From Kiritimatiellia bacterium (GTDB taxonomy: Bacteria; Verrucomicrobiota; Kiritimatiellia; RFP12; JBMNHG01), in contig JBMNHG010000002.1 in the NCBI GenBank assembly GCA_050950285.1, forward strand, positions 312,296 to 376,295: a DNA stretch of 64,000 nucleotides, in the 5' to 3' direction. Shown here in pieces: positions 9,916 to 19,305 of this stretch (its first letter is position 1; each line of letters starts with the position of its first letter). The notes beneath the pieces were generated by a model. It was given only the letters and a program-made list of their open reading frames with translations, was not told where the DNA came from and did no database searches. The translations under genes were made by a program, and so were the position numbers.

Positions 9916-11307
9916 ATGTACGATTTTGACGTTGTCGTTCTCGGCGCCGGTCCCGGCGGCTATCCCGCCGCCATCCGCGCCGCCCAGCTCGGCCTGAAGG
10001 CCGCCATCGTCGAACGCGACGCCCTTGGCGGCACGTGCCTGAACTGCGGCTGCATCCCCACCAAGGCGCTCATCTCCTCCTCCGAGCTCTACCGGCGCGC
10101 CAAGGGGGCCGCATCCCTGGGCGTGGAGATTTCCGGCCTTTCGTTCGACTACGCCCGGATGATCGAGCGCAAGGACGGCATCGTCGCCCGCCTCAGCGGC
10201 GGCGTCGGCACGCTCCTGAAGGCGAACGGCGTCGAGGTCGTGACCGGCGTCGGCCGCCTCGAGGATCCGCACACCGTCTCCGTGAAGCAGCCCGACGCGA
10301 CCACGCGCTGGCTCCGCGCGAAGACCATCATCCTCGCCACCGGCAGCGAATCCGCCATGCCCGGCTTCCTCCCGCGCCACGAACGCGTCGTGGAGAGCAA
10401 AGCCTTCCTCGAACGGAAGACCCTCCCCGCGTCCATGCTCGTCCTCGGCGGCGGCGTGATCGGCTGCGAACTGGCCTGCATGGCCGCCTCGCTGGGCACG
10501 AAGGTCACCCTCGTCGAACTGCTCGAAGACATCCTCATGCCGCTGGACGGCGACACCCGCCGCGTGCTGCGGAAGCAGATGGAAGAGCTGGGCATGACGA
10601 TCCTCACCGGCGCACCGATGTCCGGCATCGCCGCCACCGGCAAGGGCGTCACCGCGAAGTTCAAGGACCAACCCCTCTCCGCCGACCTCCTGCTCGTCGC
10701 CGTCGGACGCCGTCCCAACACCGCCGAACTCGGCCTCGCCCGCGCCGGCATCGAAGCCGACGAACGGGGCTACATCCCCGTGGACTGCCACTGCCGCACC
10801 CGCACGGCGTCCGTCTTTGCCGTGGGCGACATCGTGGCCGGCGGCATCCAGCTCGCCCATGCCGCCACCATGGAAGGCATCGTCGCCGCCGAATGCGCGG
10901 CAGGCCGCCGGACGAAGATGGATCCCATCATCCCCTCGTGCATCTTCACCACCCCCGAAATCGGCATCGTGGGCCTCTCCGAAACCCAGGCGAAAGCCCA
11001 GGGCCGCGCGGTGAAAGCCGGGGTCTTCCCCTTCCTCGCCCTCGGCAAAGCCGTCGCCATGGGCGAAACGGACGGCTTCGTGAAGTGGATCGCGGACGCA
11101 ACGACCGGCCAGCTCCTCGGCGCCCAGGCCGTCGGCCCCCACGCCACGGAACTCGTCTCCGAAGCCACCGTGGCCATCCGCCACGAACTCACCGCCGAAG
11201 CCCTCGCCAACACCGTCCACTGCCACCCGACCCTCGGCGAGTCTTGGATGGAGGCGGCGCACGCCGTCGAAGGCACCTGCATCAACATGCCCCCGCGCCG
11301 TCGCTAG
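9916..11307 (+). CDS. lpdA: Dihydrolipoyl dehydrogenase E3
   Basis: GAGPGG, GGTCLNCGCIPTK, GGGVIG and HPTLGE motifs; RBS AAAGGA. Confidence 0.96.
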   Translation: MYDFDVVVLGAGPGGYPAAIRAAQLGLKAAIVERDALGGTCLNCGCIPTKALISSSELYRRAKGAASLGVEISGLSFDYARMIERKDGIVARLSGGVGTLLKANGVEVVTGVGRLEDPHTVSVKQPDATTRWLRAKTIILATGSESAMPGFLPRHERVVESKAFLERKTLPASMLVLGGGVIGCELACMAASLGTKVTLVELLEDILMPLDGDTRRVLRKQMEELGMTILTGAPMSGIAATGKGVTAKFKDQPLSADLLLVAVGRRPNTAELGLARAGIEADERGYIPVDCHCRTRTASVFAVGDIVAGGIQLAHAATMEGIVAAECAAGRRTKMDPIIPSCIFTTPEIGIVGLSETQAKAQGRAVKAGVFPFLALGKAVAMGETDGFVKWIADATTGQLLGAQAVGPHATELVSEATVAIRHELTAEALANTVHCHPTLGESWMEAAHAVEGTCINMPPRRR

Positions 11308-11395
11308 ACGGTCCTGGCAAGCCGGGAGCGGCGCGCCGCGTTTCCGCATGACCCGCCGTTTGCACGGCGGGGGCAATTTTGCTATCCTCGCGCCC

Positions 11396-11683
11396 ATGGG
11401 ATGGTATGTCGAGTCGCCCGAGGGCGTAATCGTGACGGTAAGGGTCCAACCCCGCTCCTCCAGGGCGGGGGTGGACGGGCTGTCCGGCGACGCGCTGAAG
11501 GTGCGCGTCCGATCGGCGCCGGTGGATGGAAAGGCGAACCAGGAGCTCGTCGAGACGCTTGCGGACGCCTTCCGCATCGCGAAATCGGCGGTGGTCTTCA
11601 AGGGTGGCGAAACGTCCAGGAACAAGCGCATCCTTCTCAAAGGCGTGAGCGTTTCCGCAGCGAAAGGCATCGTCGAGCCATGA
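11396..11683 (+). CDS. DUF167/YggU family protein
   Basis: VRVQPRSS...LKVRVRSAPVDGKAN...GETSRNK. Confidence 0.9.
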   Translation: MGWYVESPEGVIVTVRVQPRSSRAGVDGLSGDALKVRVRSAPVDGKANQELVETLADAFRIAKSAVVFKGGETSRNKRILLKGVSVSAAKGIVEP

Positions 11684-12300
11684 ACCTTTCCCCCGAAACC
11701 GGCGGCGCGAGGCCGTCGCTTCTGTCCCTGTACCTCAGCTTTTTCCGCGTGGGCGCGGTGATGTTCGGCGGAGGCTATGCGATGCTTCCCCTGCTGGAGC
11801 GGGAGGTGGTCGATCGCCGCCGCTGGTGCAGGGAATCCGAAATGGGCGAGCTGTACGCGCTGGCCCAATCCGCGCCCGGCGTGATTGCCGTGAACACCGC
11901 TCTTCTCGTCGGCTTCCGCCTGCGCGGCGCATGGGGGGGGCTGGTCGCGGCGCTCGGCGCGATCACCGTGCCCATCGTGGTGGTGGTCGCGATCTTCGCG
12001 CAGCTTGACCGGCTCGGGGATCCCGCGTGGATTCGCCGGATCAAATACGGCCTGCCGCCTGCCGTGGCGGGATTGCTGCTTTCGACGTCGATACGCATGA
12101 TGGGCCGCGAATGGCGGAAACCGTGGCTCGCGGCAATCGGCATCGCCATCGTCGCCCTCGCGCTTCTCCTCCCCCTCAACCCGGCCTGGTACATCCTCGT
12201 CGGCGTAGTGGCCGGATTCGCGCTCTATCCCATTCTCCGCCGGACAGGGCACAAGCCCGACGACCCGAACGAATCCCGCCCGGAAGCAGACGCATCATGA
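11680..12300 (+). CDS. Short-chain chromate transporter (CHR family), subunit 1
   Basis: FFRVGAVMFGGGYAM...AQSAPGVIAVN; ATGA overlap with DUF167. Confidence 0.9.
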   Translation: MNLSPETGGARPSLLSLYLSFFRVGAVMFGGGYAMLPLLEREVVDRRRWCRESEMGELYALAQSAPGVIAVNTALLVGFRLRGAWGGLVAALGAITVPIVVVVAIFAQLDRLGDPAWIRRIKYGLPPAVAGLLLSTSIRMMGREWRKPWLAAIGIAIVALALLLPLNPAWYILVGVVAGFALYPILRRTGHKPDDPNESRPEADAS

Positions 12301-12854
12301 TGGCCGACCTTCTGCGCCTTGCCGTCGCCTTCGCGAAAATCGGCGCCCTCACCTTCGGCGGCGGGCTCGCGATGCTGCCGCTCATGTGCGGGGAGCTGGA
12401 AGCCCATGGATGGATGACCCAAGCGGAGTTCCTGCAGCTCTTCGGCATCTCCGAAGTCACCCCGGGGCCGATCGCCGTCAACGCCGCCACGGCGGTGGGC
12501 TGGCGCGTGGCGGGGCTTCCCGGCGCGCTGGTTGCGACCCTGTCGCTGGTGGCGCCTTCGTACCTCTGCATCGGGACGCTCCTGGCCGTCCTGCGCAGGA
12601 TGAAGCGACATGACGGCGGCGCCACGGAGCATGCGATTTCCTTCTTGCGGCCCATCGTCACCGGCCTGATTGTCGCGGCAACGCTCAAAATGTCCGCGAC
12701 GGCGCTGTGGCCGGCGGGCTTCTCCGGTCTTCCCGGAGGCCGGCAGCTTCTCGTATGGACCGTCACCTTCGCGCTCTCCCTCGGGAAACGGCCGGGGCCG
12801 ATCGCCTCGCTTTGCATCGGCACGCTGATTGGCGCGATTCTCGCTCCCGCATAG
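12297..12854 (+). CDS. Short-chain chromate transporter (CHR family), subunit 2
   Basis: FAKIGALTFGGG...SEVTPGPIAVNAAT; overlaps the previous stop. Confidence 0.9.
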   Translation: MMADLLRLAVAFAKIGALTFGGGLAMLPLMCGELEAHGWMTQAEFLQLFGISEVTPGPIAVNAATAVGWRVAGLPGALVATLSLVAPSYLCIGTLLAVLRRMKRHDGGATEHAISFLRPIVTGLIVAATLKMSATALWPAGFSGLPGGRQLLVWTVTFALSLGKRPGPIASLCIGTLIGAILAPA

Positions 12855-12934
12855 CGGAGCGGGCGGCGGCGATTCCGTTCGCGCGCCCCGCGACATCGCG
12901 GATCCGCTCTTTCGACTCCATCGGGAGACACCCC

Positions 12935-15900
12935 ATGCACAAGACCTTCCTCCCCGTCTGCCTCGTCCTTTGCATCGGAGCCCCGCGGGCGGCCCTTGCG
13001 GGGCGCGTCAGCGTGAAACTCGTCGATGCGGAACGCGGCACGCCGCTCGAATACCTCGTAAAAGACCTCCCGCTCGCGGACGGCAAGACGCTCCTGCACT
13101 ACCGCATTCCGCAGCATGTGGGCGTCGACGGCGTGAAATGGCCCTTCGACCGCCGTTCCGGCAGCGTCCTGGCCGAGGAGGGCGGCGCACTCGCGGAGTT
13201 CGAGGAGGAACTCGGCGTGCGCGCCACGGCGTCCGACGTCCGGAGCGACCGCTCCACCGAGATGGAGGCGGGCGACGTTGTCCTGGCCACCGTCTCCGGA
13301 ACCCTTGCGGACGGGCCGCACGCCGTCTTCCCCGGCGGGGGCGCCTTTACGCTCGAACGGGACGCCGTGACCGCCCCCACCGGCGCCCTTGCCGCCGACG
13401 GCGACCATTCCCTTCTCCTCCGCTGCGCCCCGCTCGAACTGAACCTCGTCCCCTTTCCGGGACTCGCCGAAATCGCGAAGATTTCCGTCCATGAAGGCGA
13501 ACGCCTGGTCTTCGAAGACTCCTACCCCTCCTACCCTGCCATCGCCCTCCGCCTCTACCTCCCGGCCACCCAGGCGACCTACCACATCGACATTTCCGAA
13601 GCGGGCTCCTTCGACCTTGCCTTCGACGGCGCGACCGCCGTGCTCGATGGAACTCCCGCCCTCGACCCCGCGCTCTGGATTGACGTCTCCGGGCGCGTCG
13701 TGGGAATCGGACCCGCGCCGAAGGAGCGCGACGACGACGACGCGGGTGCCGCGCGTGACGCGGGCGGCGCGTCGCTGGAACTCTTCACCGACCGCGGCCG
13801 CGCGGTCTTCGCCGAATCCGAACCCATCCCCCTCTCCATCCGTGCCCGCAACCTCGAGGCAGACGCGCTCGAGCTCGTTCTCGCCGGGCCGGACGGCGCC
13901 ACCTTGCGGCTTCCCCTGCCCCTGCGCCCGTGCGGCGGCGGCCTCTCCGCGGTCGAGGCGACGCTCGATCCCGCCCTGCTCCGCCCCGGCACCTACACGC
14001 TCTCGGCGGAACTCGACGGCGTCACGTCGCCTCCCTTGCCGATCGTCGTCTCCCCAATCCTTCCCGAGACCAACCTCAAGCTCTTCGGAATGCACAAGTG
14101 GACCGAGACGAAGTCCTACCATCCGGCGGACCTCGCGCCGGTCGCGGCCCATGGCCTGAACCTGCTCGTCCATGTGGCGGGCGACTTCGGGACGCCTGCG
14201 GACGCCGCCGCCCTCCCCGGGGCCTCCGCCCGCACGGCGCGCCGCGCGCAGGACGCCGGCGCGGAGTTTCTCCTCGCCAACGGCGTCGAACTGCTGCCCG
14301 TGGCCTCCGGCCTCATCCTCTACTTCAACGTCGGGAACCGCTGGAAACCGCATGCCGACGACCGCAACCAGACCGTCCAGCACCTCGGCCAGATCTGGCG
14401 CCGGTACCCCAACTTCCGCGGCATCGTCCACTGCACGGGCGACGGCCCCACCCCCGCGACGATGGGCATGGTCTGGGCCGCCGCCGCAGGCTCGTACGAC
14501 ATCATCCACGACGACCGCATCCGGGCCCTGCGCGACGTCTTCGAAGCCACCCGCGGCAAACTCGGCGTCGACGCCTCCGCCATGAAGGCGGAATTCGAGC
14601 GGATCGGCGGCGCGATGACCGGCGCCATCGGCTTCGGCGTGGGCATGGACGCCGGCATGGAGCTGTCGGGCGACGACGCCGCCAAGCTGGAGTGGATCCA
14701 GTGGCTGAACCAGCTCTACCCCGAAGCCTTCCGACAGGAGCGGCGCGCGCTCGCCGGCATGATCCGCGATCCCATCGTCGAATGCGGCCGCTCCTGGGCC
14801 CCCGGCGCAGGCGGCGGAATGTGGGAGGAAACCTTCTGGCGCGACCTCGACCACCCGATGGTGGACATCCGGGGCGACTTCGGGATCATGCCCTTCAGCT
14901 ACGTGAGCGGTGCGGACATCGTCTGCGCAGGCTCCACCCAGCGCCCATGGATCGCGCTGGACATCGTCCCCCACCGCACCCCCGCCAACGGCCTCAAGAT
15001 CTTCCTCGAAGCCCTGTCGCGCAATCCCGCCGGCATCGGCTTCTACAACGACGGCGCCAATCTCGCCGGCAACTGGTCGGCGGACAAGCAGCTGGGCGAA
15101 TCGATGGACGCCCTCCTGGAGATCGGGCGCCGCTTCGGCGACCTCTTCGCCTCGCTCGGCCGCGCCGACGAAATCGCCGTCGTCACCTCGATGCGCCAGG
15201 ACGCCCTGGCGGGGCAGAAGGCCGCCTGGGGCGCCCACTTCCTCGCCTCGAAGTGTGGATGGCAGGCCTGCGCAACCACCGAAGAGGCGATTCTCCGCGA
15301 CGCCTCCATCCTGGACAACGTGAAGGCCGTCCTTCTTCCCGGGTTCACCCTCGCGCCGCCTGCCGCCTTCCTCGACATCCTCGAGGGGTTCCAGGCGCGG
15401 GGCGGCGTGGTCGTCGCCGACACCGATTCGGCGATCGGCCTGGACGGCGTGGTGCGCGTCGAAACCGCCGAAGTGATCTTCCACAACCAGGTCGACTTCC
15501 ACGACTCCTACGCCCGCTTCCTCCCGCTTTTCGGGCCCTTCGAACAAGCCGTCGGCCCTGAAGTCCCGCGCTTCTTCGGAAGCTCCAAACGCGACGTGCA
15601 CCTCGTGCGCAGCGTCGACGGCGACCTCGAGTACTGGACGCTCTTCAACGACACCCTGCCGAATCCCGAGGAGCGCTCGTGCAGCGGGAACTTCATCCAG
15701 TTCCTCTACGAAGGCGTGGAAGCGGACCTCTCCGCCGGCGTCCGGGGCGGAACGCTGTACGACGCCCTGCGCCGGGAGACGGTGGAAACGGAGGAAGCCG
15801 ACGGCCGCATCCGCTGGAGCGCCGACCTCCGCCTCCAGCCCGGCACCGTCTACCTGTGGGCGCCGCGCCCCATCGCCTCCCTCGCGGTCGCCGCCCCCGC

Positions 15901-18900
15901 GCGCGCCGCCTGCGGATCGACCATCGCGCTTCGCGCCACGGCGCACGATGGCGACGGCGTCGCGTTCGCGGGCCGTCTCCCGGTCGAGTTCGCCCTGATG
16001 GACCCCTCCGGGACGGAGCGCGTGCGAGTCCAGCGCACCACGAACCGCGAACTCTCCTTCAAGATTGCCGCGAACGATCCCGCCGGGACCTGGAGGTGGA
16101 CCGCCACCGACCAGGCGACCGGTCTCCGCGCCGAAGGGACGATGGACGTCTCGCCCGCGGCGGGCGCGCTCCCTGCGGTCGTGTGCCGGGCCGGGGTGGC
16201 GTGCGACGAGCCGGCCATCCGCGCGGCCCTCGCGGATCGCGATTTCGACGTCGTGGTCTACCCCGGCCAGACCGCCCTGCTCGGTACCGCGCGGAGACTC
16301 GTGGACGCACTTCGCGGCGTCGGCGCGAAGGCGTCGCTCCGCGTGTTGTGGCCGTCGGAACGCCGCCGCTACCCGATGAACTGGCACCCCTTCACGATCG
16401 AAGACGAGGAAGACGAGGCCGAAGTGCTCTCCGGGCGCGCAGCCGGCCTGCGCGTGGCCGGCAAGAACCAGTTCGGCACGAAGCGCGACGGGATCGACTG
16501 CGCATTCTACAAGCAGAACGCGCCCACCGCGCCATGGGCCTTCGCGCGCGACGCCATCCTCATCGGCCGCGGCGACGTCCCCGGCAATCCGCTCTTCGAC
16601 CACGTCGCCCGGACGCTGAAGATGCTTCCGCGCAATCCGTCGCCCGACCTGCCCGCCCCCGGCGACCCCTTCCTCGCCTATGCCTGGGCGCCCTTCTCCT
16701 TCGGCCACGACGCCATCGTCCTCTTCGGGCAAGATGCGGCGGGAGTGGAAAAGGCCGTCGATACGCTGGTGGGGCTTGCGGCGGAGGCCGCGCAGGCCCC
16801 GTCCGGGGACGCCGCAGGCCGACCGCTCTGGCGGGCGATGCGCGAAGACGGACAAACCTATGCCGCGCTGGGCCTCCCGGCCTCCGGCGGCGACGTGGAG
16901 ACGGTTTCCGGCGGACGCGTGCCGCTGCCCTCGCTGCTCCCGGCGACGCACGCCCTGCGCGTCACCGACGCGGCGGTCGCGAAGGGCAGGCTCGCCATCC
17001 GCATGGAGCCGCTTCTCGATGCGAACGGCCCCGCCTTCGCGGAAATCGACCTGGCCACGGGAGCGGCGCGCCGCTTCCGGGCCGACGCCGGCGCACGCGC
17101 ATCGTCCGCCGCGGCCTTTTCGCGGCGCGCCGCGGATGGGGTGGTTCCGCATGCCCTCGACCTCGTCCTGCCCGACGGAGGGCGGATCCGCCCCTCCGAC
17201 GCCGAGCTGGTCGCGCTCGACGCGGACGGAACCGTCCGCTGGCGCTACGCGCCCTTCCCCGCGCCGGACGGGCTCACCGAGGCGCGCTTCCTTCGCCGGC
17301 CGCATCGAATGGCGCTTTCGAAGGACGGCTCCCACGTCCTCGCGAGCTTCTACGACCTCTACACGGGAGGCAGCTACGGCCCCGCCAACCGCCAATACAA
17401 CACGCCCGCCACCGTGCTGCTCGATGCCGCCACGGGCCGCGAACGCTTCCGCACCTCCGACTACCTCGCCACGGGCCTCGCGTTGGCGGACGATGGATCC
17501 CGCGCCTGGCTGGCGGACTACCAGTCCTTCGACGGCGGGCGAACGCACGTCAACGCGCAAGGCGCCCCGGCCGTCGCGGGATTCGACTCGGACGGGAACG
17601 CGCTGGCGGCGTTCCGAACGGGCGGAGCCGTCGGCATCGCGACGGCCGGGGATGGCTCCGTGGCAGCCGTCTCGTATGTTTCGCCACGCCGCAAGGTCAC
17701 CCTCCTTGCGGACGGCAGGGCGGTCGACGTCCCCTTCCCCCGCTCCGACACGGGCGTGGCCGTGTCGCCCGACGGCGGGACCGTCGCCGTGGCCTATGCG
17801 GACGCCGTGCTTCGCCTCTACGCGCCCGACGGCACGATGAAGGGCGAACACACGCTTGCCGCACCCGGCCTGCCCGTGTACCTCGACGACGGCACGCTGC
17901 TCTGCGCCTGCGACGACGGCGTGGTGCGGCGCCCCGGTCCAGGCGGAGGGGAGATGGCCTTCGGCGACGCACCCATCGACGACGTCCTTCTCACGGTGGC
18001 GGCCCTTCCCGCGCCCATCCTGCCGCCCTCCCCCGCCTCGTGGGAGACGCTGGGCGACGGCATCCCCGTCCGGCGTCCCGGCGTGCCGCCCGCGCCGGAT
18101 GCGGATGGCAAGGTCGCGCTCGACATCCCGGGCGGCGATGGGCTGGATGTTTTCCTGGCGTCCTGGCGTTGCGACTGGACGGGCAACGGCACCGCCGTCC
18201 TCTCGGCGGAGGTCGCCTTCGACGGCGGGGTGGACCGTTATCTCTTCGATCTCCACAACGGGGGAACGCGCATCTCCCTGCCCTTCCGCGGCGCGAAGGG
18301 AGGAACGGCGGAGATTGCCTTCGCCCTGCCCCCCGGCGCGACCCTTGCGCCCGGCAGCCTCGCGAAAATCGTGCTCGCCGACTTCGGGAACGCCGCCGAA
18401 GCCGGGAGGGGCCGTGCGGGAGGGAATCGCAACGTGCCGCGGCTCGCCATCCCCAACGTGCCGGGGTTCCTGGGCGACCCGCGCGGCGTCGAGCAGATTG
18501 CCTACGGATGGCCGGAAACGATGCGGGAGGTCTCGCTCCCGGACATCGCCAGGCCGATCCGAAGCGACGTCGTCGAACTCTTCGACGGCGACGTCCGGAA
18601 CGGCACGCCGCTGTATCCGACCCTCTATCCCGGCGCCGTCCCATGGATGCCGGCGGACGCCCGCGCGGTGATGCGAAGCGCGATGGTCGTCTCCGCCTTC
18701 GAGAGTCCGCGCACGGTGACGGCGGTGGGCGTGTGGGAACATCCGGGCGACCGGCCGATCGCCTCCTTCGCGCTCGAATACACCGACGACGCCAGCGTGG
18801 CCGAAGCGGGACAGAACGTGCGGGCGGGTGTCGCCGAAGCGCCGGGCGTCGGCGTGTTCGCCTCCGACTGGAACCTGGCATGCGTTGTCGCGGGGAACCG

Positions 18901-19099
18901 CGACTACTACCATGTCCACGTGCTCCCGGAGCCGGTTTCGGCGCGCTACTGGCGGTTCACGGTGATCGACACCCCATCCGAAGTCCAGCGCCTCTCCGAA
19001 CTCGAGTTGTACGAATCGGCCATCGATTCCCTGGAAAGCGACCTCGGTTTGGATGCGGGCGGAGGACTGGACGGCTTCGACGCCCTTCCCGAGCTGTAG
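12935..19099 (+). CDS. Giant secreted multidomain protein (about 2054 aa): possible glycoside-hydrolase-like core, Ig-like domains, beta-propeller and C-terminal discoidin-like domain
   Basis: Signal-like N-terminus MHKTFLPVCLVLCIGAPRAALA and coding-like codon bias. Segment AVLLPG...FQARGGVVVAD resembles a GH42 trimerisation domain; propeller-like repeats (LSKDGSHV, VSPDGGTV); ARYWRF...LSELELY near the C-terminus. The ORF is secure; the domain calls are tentative. Confidence 0.7.
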   Translation: MHKTFLPVCLVLCIGAPRAALAGRVSVKLVDAERGTPLEYLVKDLPLADGKTLLHYRIPQHVGVDGVKWPFDRRSGSVLAEEGGALAEFEEELGVRATASDVRSDRSTEMEAGDVVLATVSGTLADGPHAVFPGGGAFTLERDAVTAPTGALAADGDHSLLLRCAPLELNLVPFPGLAEIAKISVHEGERLVFEDSYPSYPAIALRLYLPATQATYHIDISEAGSFDLAFDGATAVLDGTPALDPALWIDVSGRVVGIGPAPKERDDDDAGAARDAGGASLELFTDRGRAVFAESEPIPLSIRARNLEADALELVLAGPDGATLRLPLPLRPCGGGLSAVEATLDPALLRPGTYTLSAELDGVTSPPLPIVVSPILPETNLKLFGMHKWTETKSYHPADLAPVAAHGLNLLVHVAGDFGTPADAAALPGASARTARRAQDAGAEFLLANGVELLPVASGLILYFNVGNRWKPHADDRNQTVQHLGQIWRRYPNFRGIVHCTGDGPTPATMGMVWAAAAGSYDIIHDDRIRALRDVFEATRGKLGVDASAMKAEFERIGGAMTGAIGFGVGMDAGMELSGDDAAKLEWIQWLNQLYPEAFRQERRALAGMIRDPIVECGRSWAPGAGGGMWEETFWRDLDHPMVDIRGDFGIMPFSYVSGADIVCAGSTQRPWIALDIVPHRTPANGLKIFLEALSRNPAGIGFYNDGANLAGNWSADKQLGESMDALLEIGRRFGDLFASLGRADEIAVVTSMRQDALAGQKAAWGAHFLASKCGWQACATTEEAILRDASILDNVKAVLLPGFTLAPPAAFLDILEGFQARGGVVVADTDSAIGLDGVVRVETAEVIFHNQVDFHDSYARFLPLFGPFEQAVGPEVPRFFGSSKRDVHLVRSVDGDLEYWTLFNDTLPNPEERSCSGNFIQFLYEGVEADLSAGVRGGTLYDALRRETVETEEADGRIRWSADLRLQPGTVYLWAPRPIASLAVAAPARAACGSTIALRATAHDGDGVAFAGRLPVEFALMDPSGTERVRVQRTTNRELSFKIAANDPAGTWRWTATDQATGLRAEGTMDVSPAAGALPAVVCRAGVACDEPAIRAALADRDFDVVVYPGQTALLGTARRLVDALRGVGAKASLRVLWPSERRRYPMNWHPFTIEDEEDEAEVLSGRAAGLRVAGKNQFGTKRDGIDCAFYKQNAPTAPWAFARDAILIGRGDVPGNPLFDHVARTLKMLPRNPSPDLPAPGDPFLAYAWAPFSFGHDAIVLFGQDAAGVEKAVDTLVGLAAEAAQAPSGDAAGRPLWRAMREDGQTYAALGLPASGGDVETVSGGRVPLPSLLPATHALRVTDAAVAKGRLAIRMEPLLDANGPAFAEIDLATGAARRFRADAGARASSAAAFSRRAADGVVPHALDLVLPDGGRIRPSDAELVALDADGTVRWRYAPFPAPDGLTEARFLRRPHRMALSKDGSHVLASFYDLYTGGSYGPANRQYNTPATVLLDAATGRERFRTSDYLATGLALADDGSRAWLADYQSFDGGRTHVNAQGAPAVAGFDSDGNALAAFRTGGAVGIATAGDGSVAAVSYVSPRRKVTLLADGRAVDVPFPRSDTGVAVSPDGGTVAVAYADAVLRLYAPDGTMKGEHTLAAPGLPVYLDDGTLLCACDDGVVRRPGPGGGEMAFGDAPIDDVLLTVAALPAPILPPSPASWETLGDGIPVRRPGVPPAPDADGKVALDIPGGDGLDVFLASWRCDWTGNGTAVLSAEVAFDGGVDRYLFDLHNGGTRISLPFRGAKGGTAEIAFALPPGATLAPGSLAKIVLADFGNAAEAGRGRAGGNRNVPRLAIPNVPGFLGDPRGVEQIAYGWPETMREVSLPDIARPIRSDVVELFDGDVRNGTPLYPTLYPGAVPWMPADARAVMRSAMVVSAFESPRTVTAVGVWEHPGDRPIASFALEYTDDASVAEAGQNVRAGVAEAPGVGVFASDWNLACVVAGNRDYYHVHVLPEPVSARYWRFTVIDTPSEVQRLSELELYESAIDSLESDLGLDAGGGLDGFDALPEL

Positions 19100-19305
19100 G
19101 CGCGCCTCCACGCGTGGCGCCTCCAGACGCATCGGAAGGACAGGCCGTCCATGCGGGCTGGAGGGTCGGATCTTTGTCCCCAAAATGCGTTCTTTTCCTT
19201 CCGCTCTCGTTCCTTGCGCGAGGGCGGCGGGGTTGCTATGCTTTCTCCATGCAGCTCCTTGCTGCCTACCCTCTCCATGATTCATCTCCCACAGGTGAAG
19301 GAACC

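Noticed and set aside
15679..19305. Apparent 2509-aa ORF extending the 19306 gene upstream
   Set aside because: The upstream part is an off-frame overlap with the 2054-aa gene. The signal peptide, RBS and promoter-like motif place the start at 19306.
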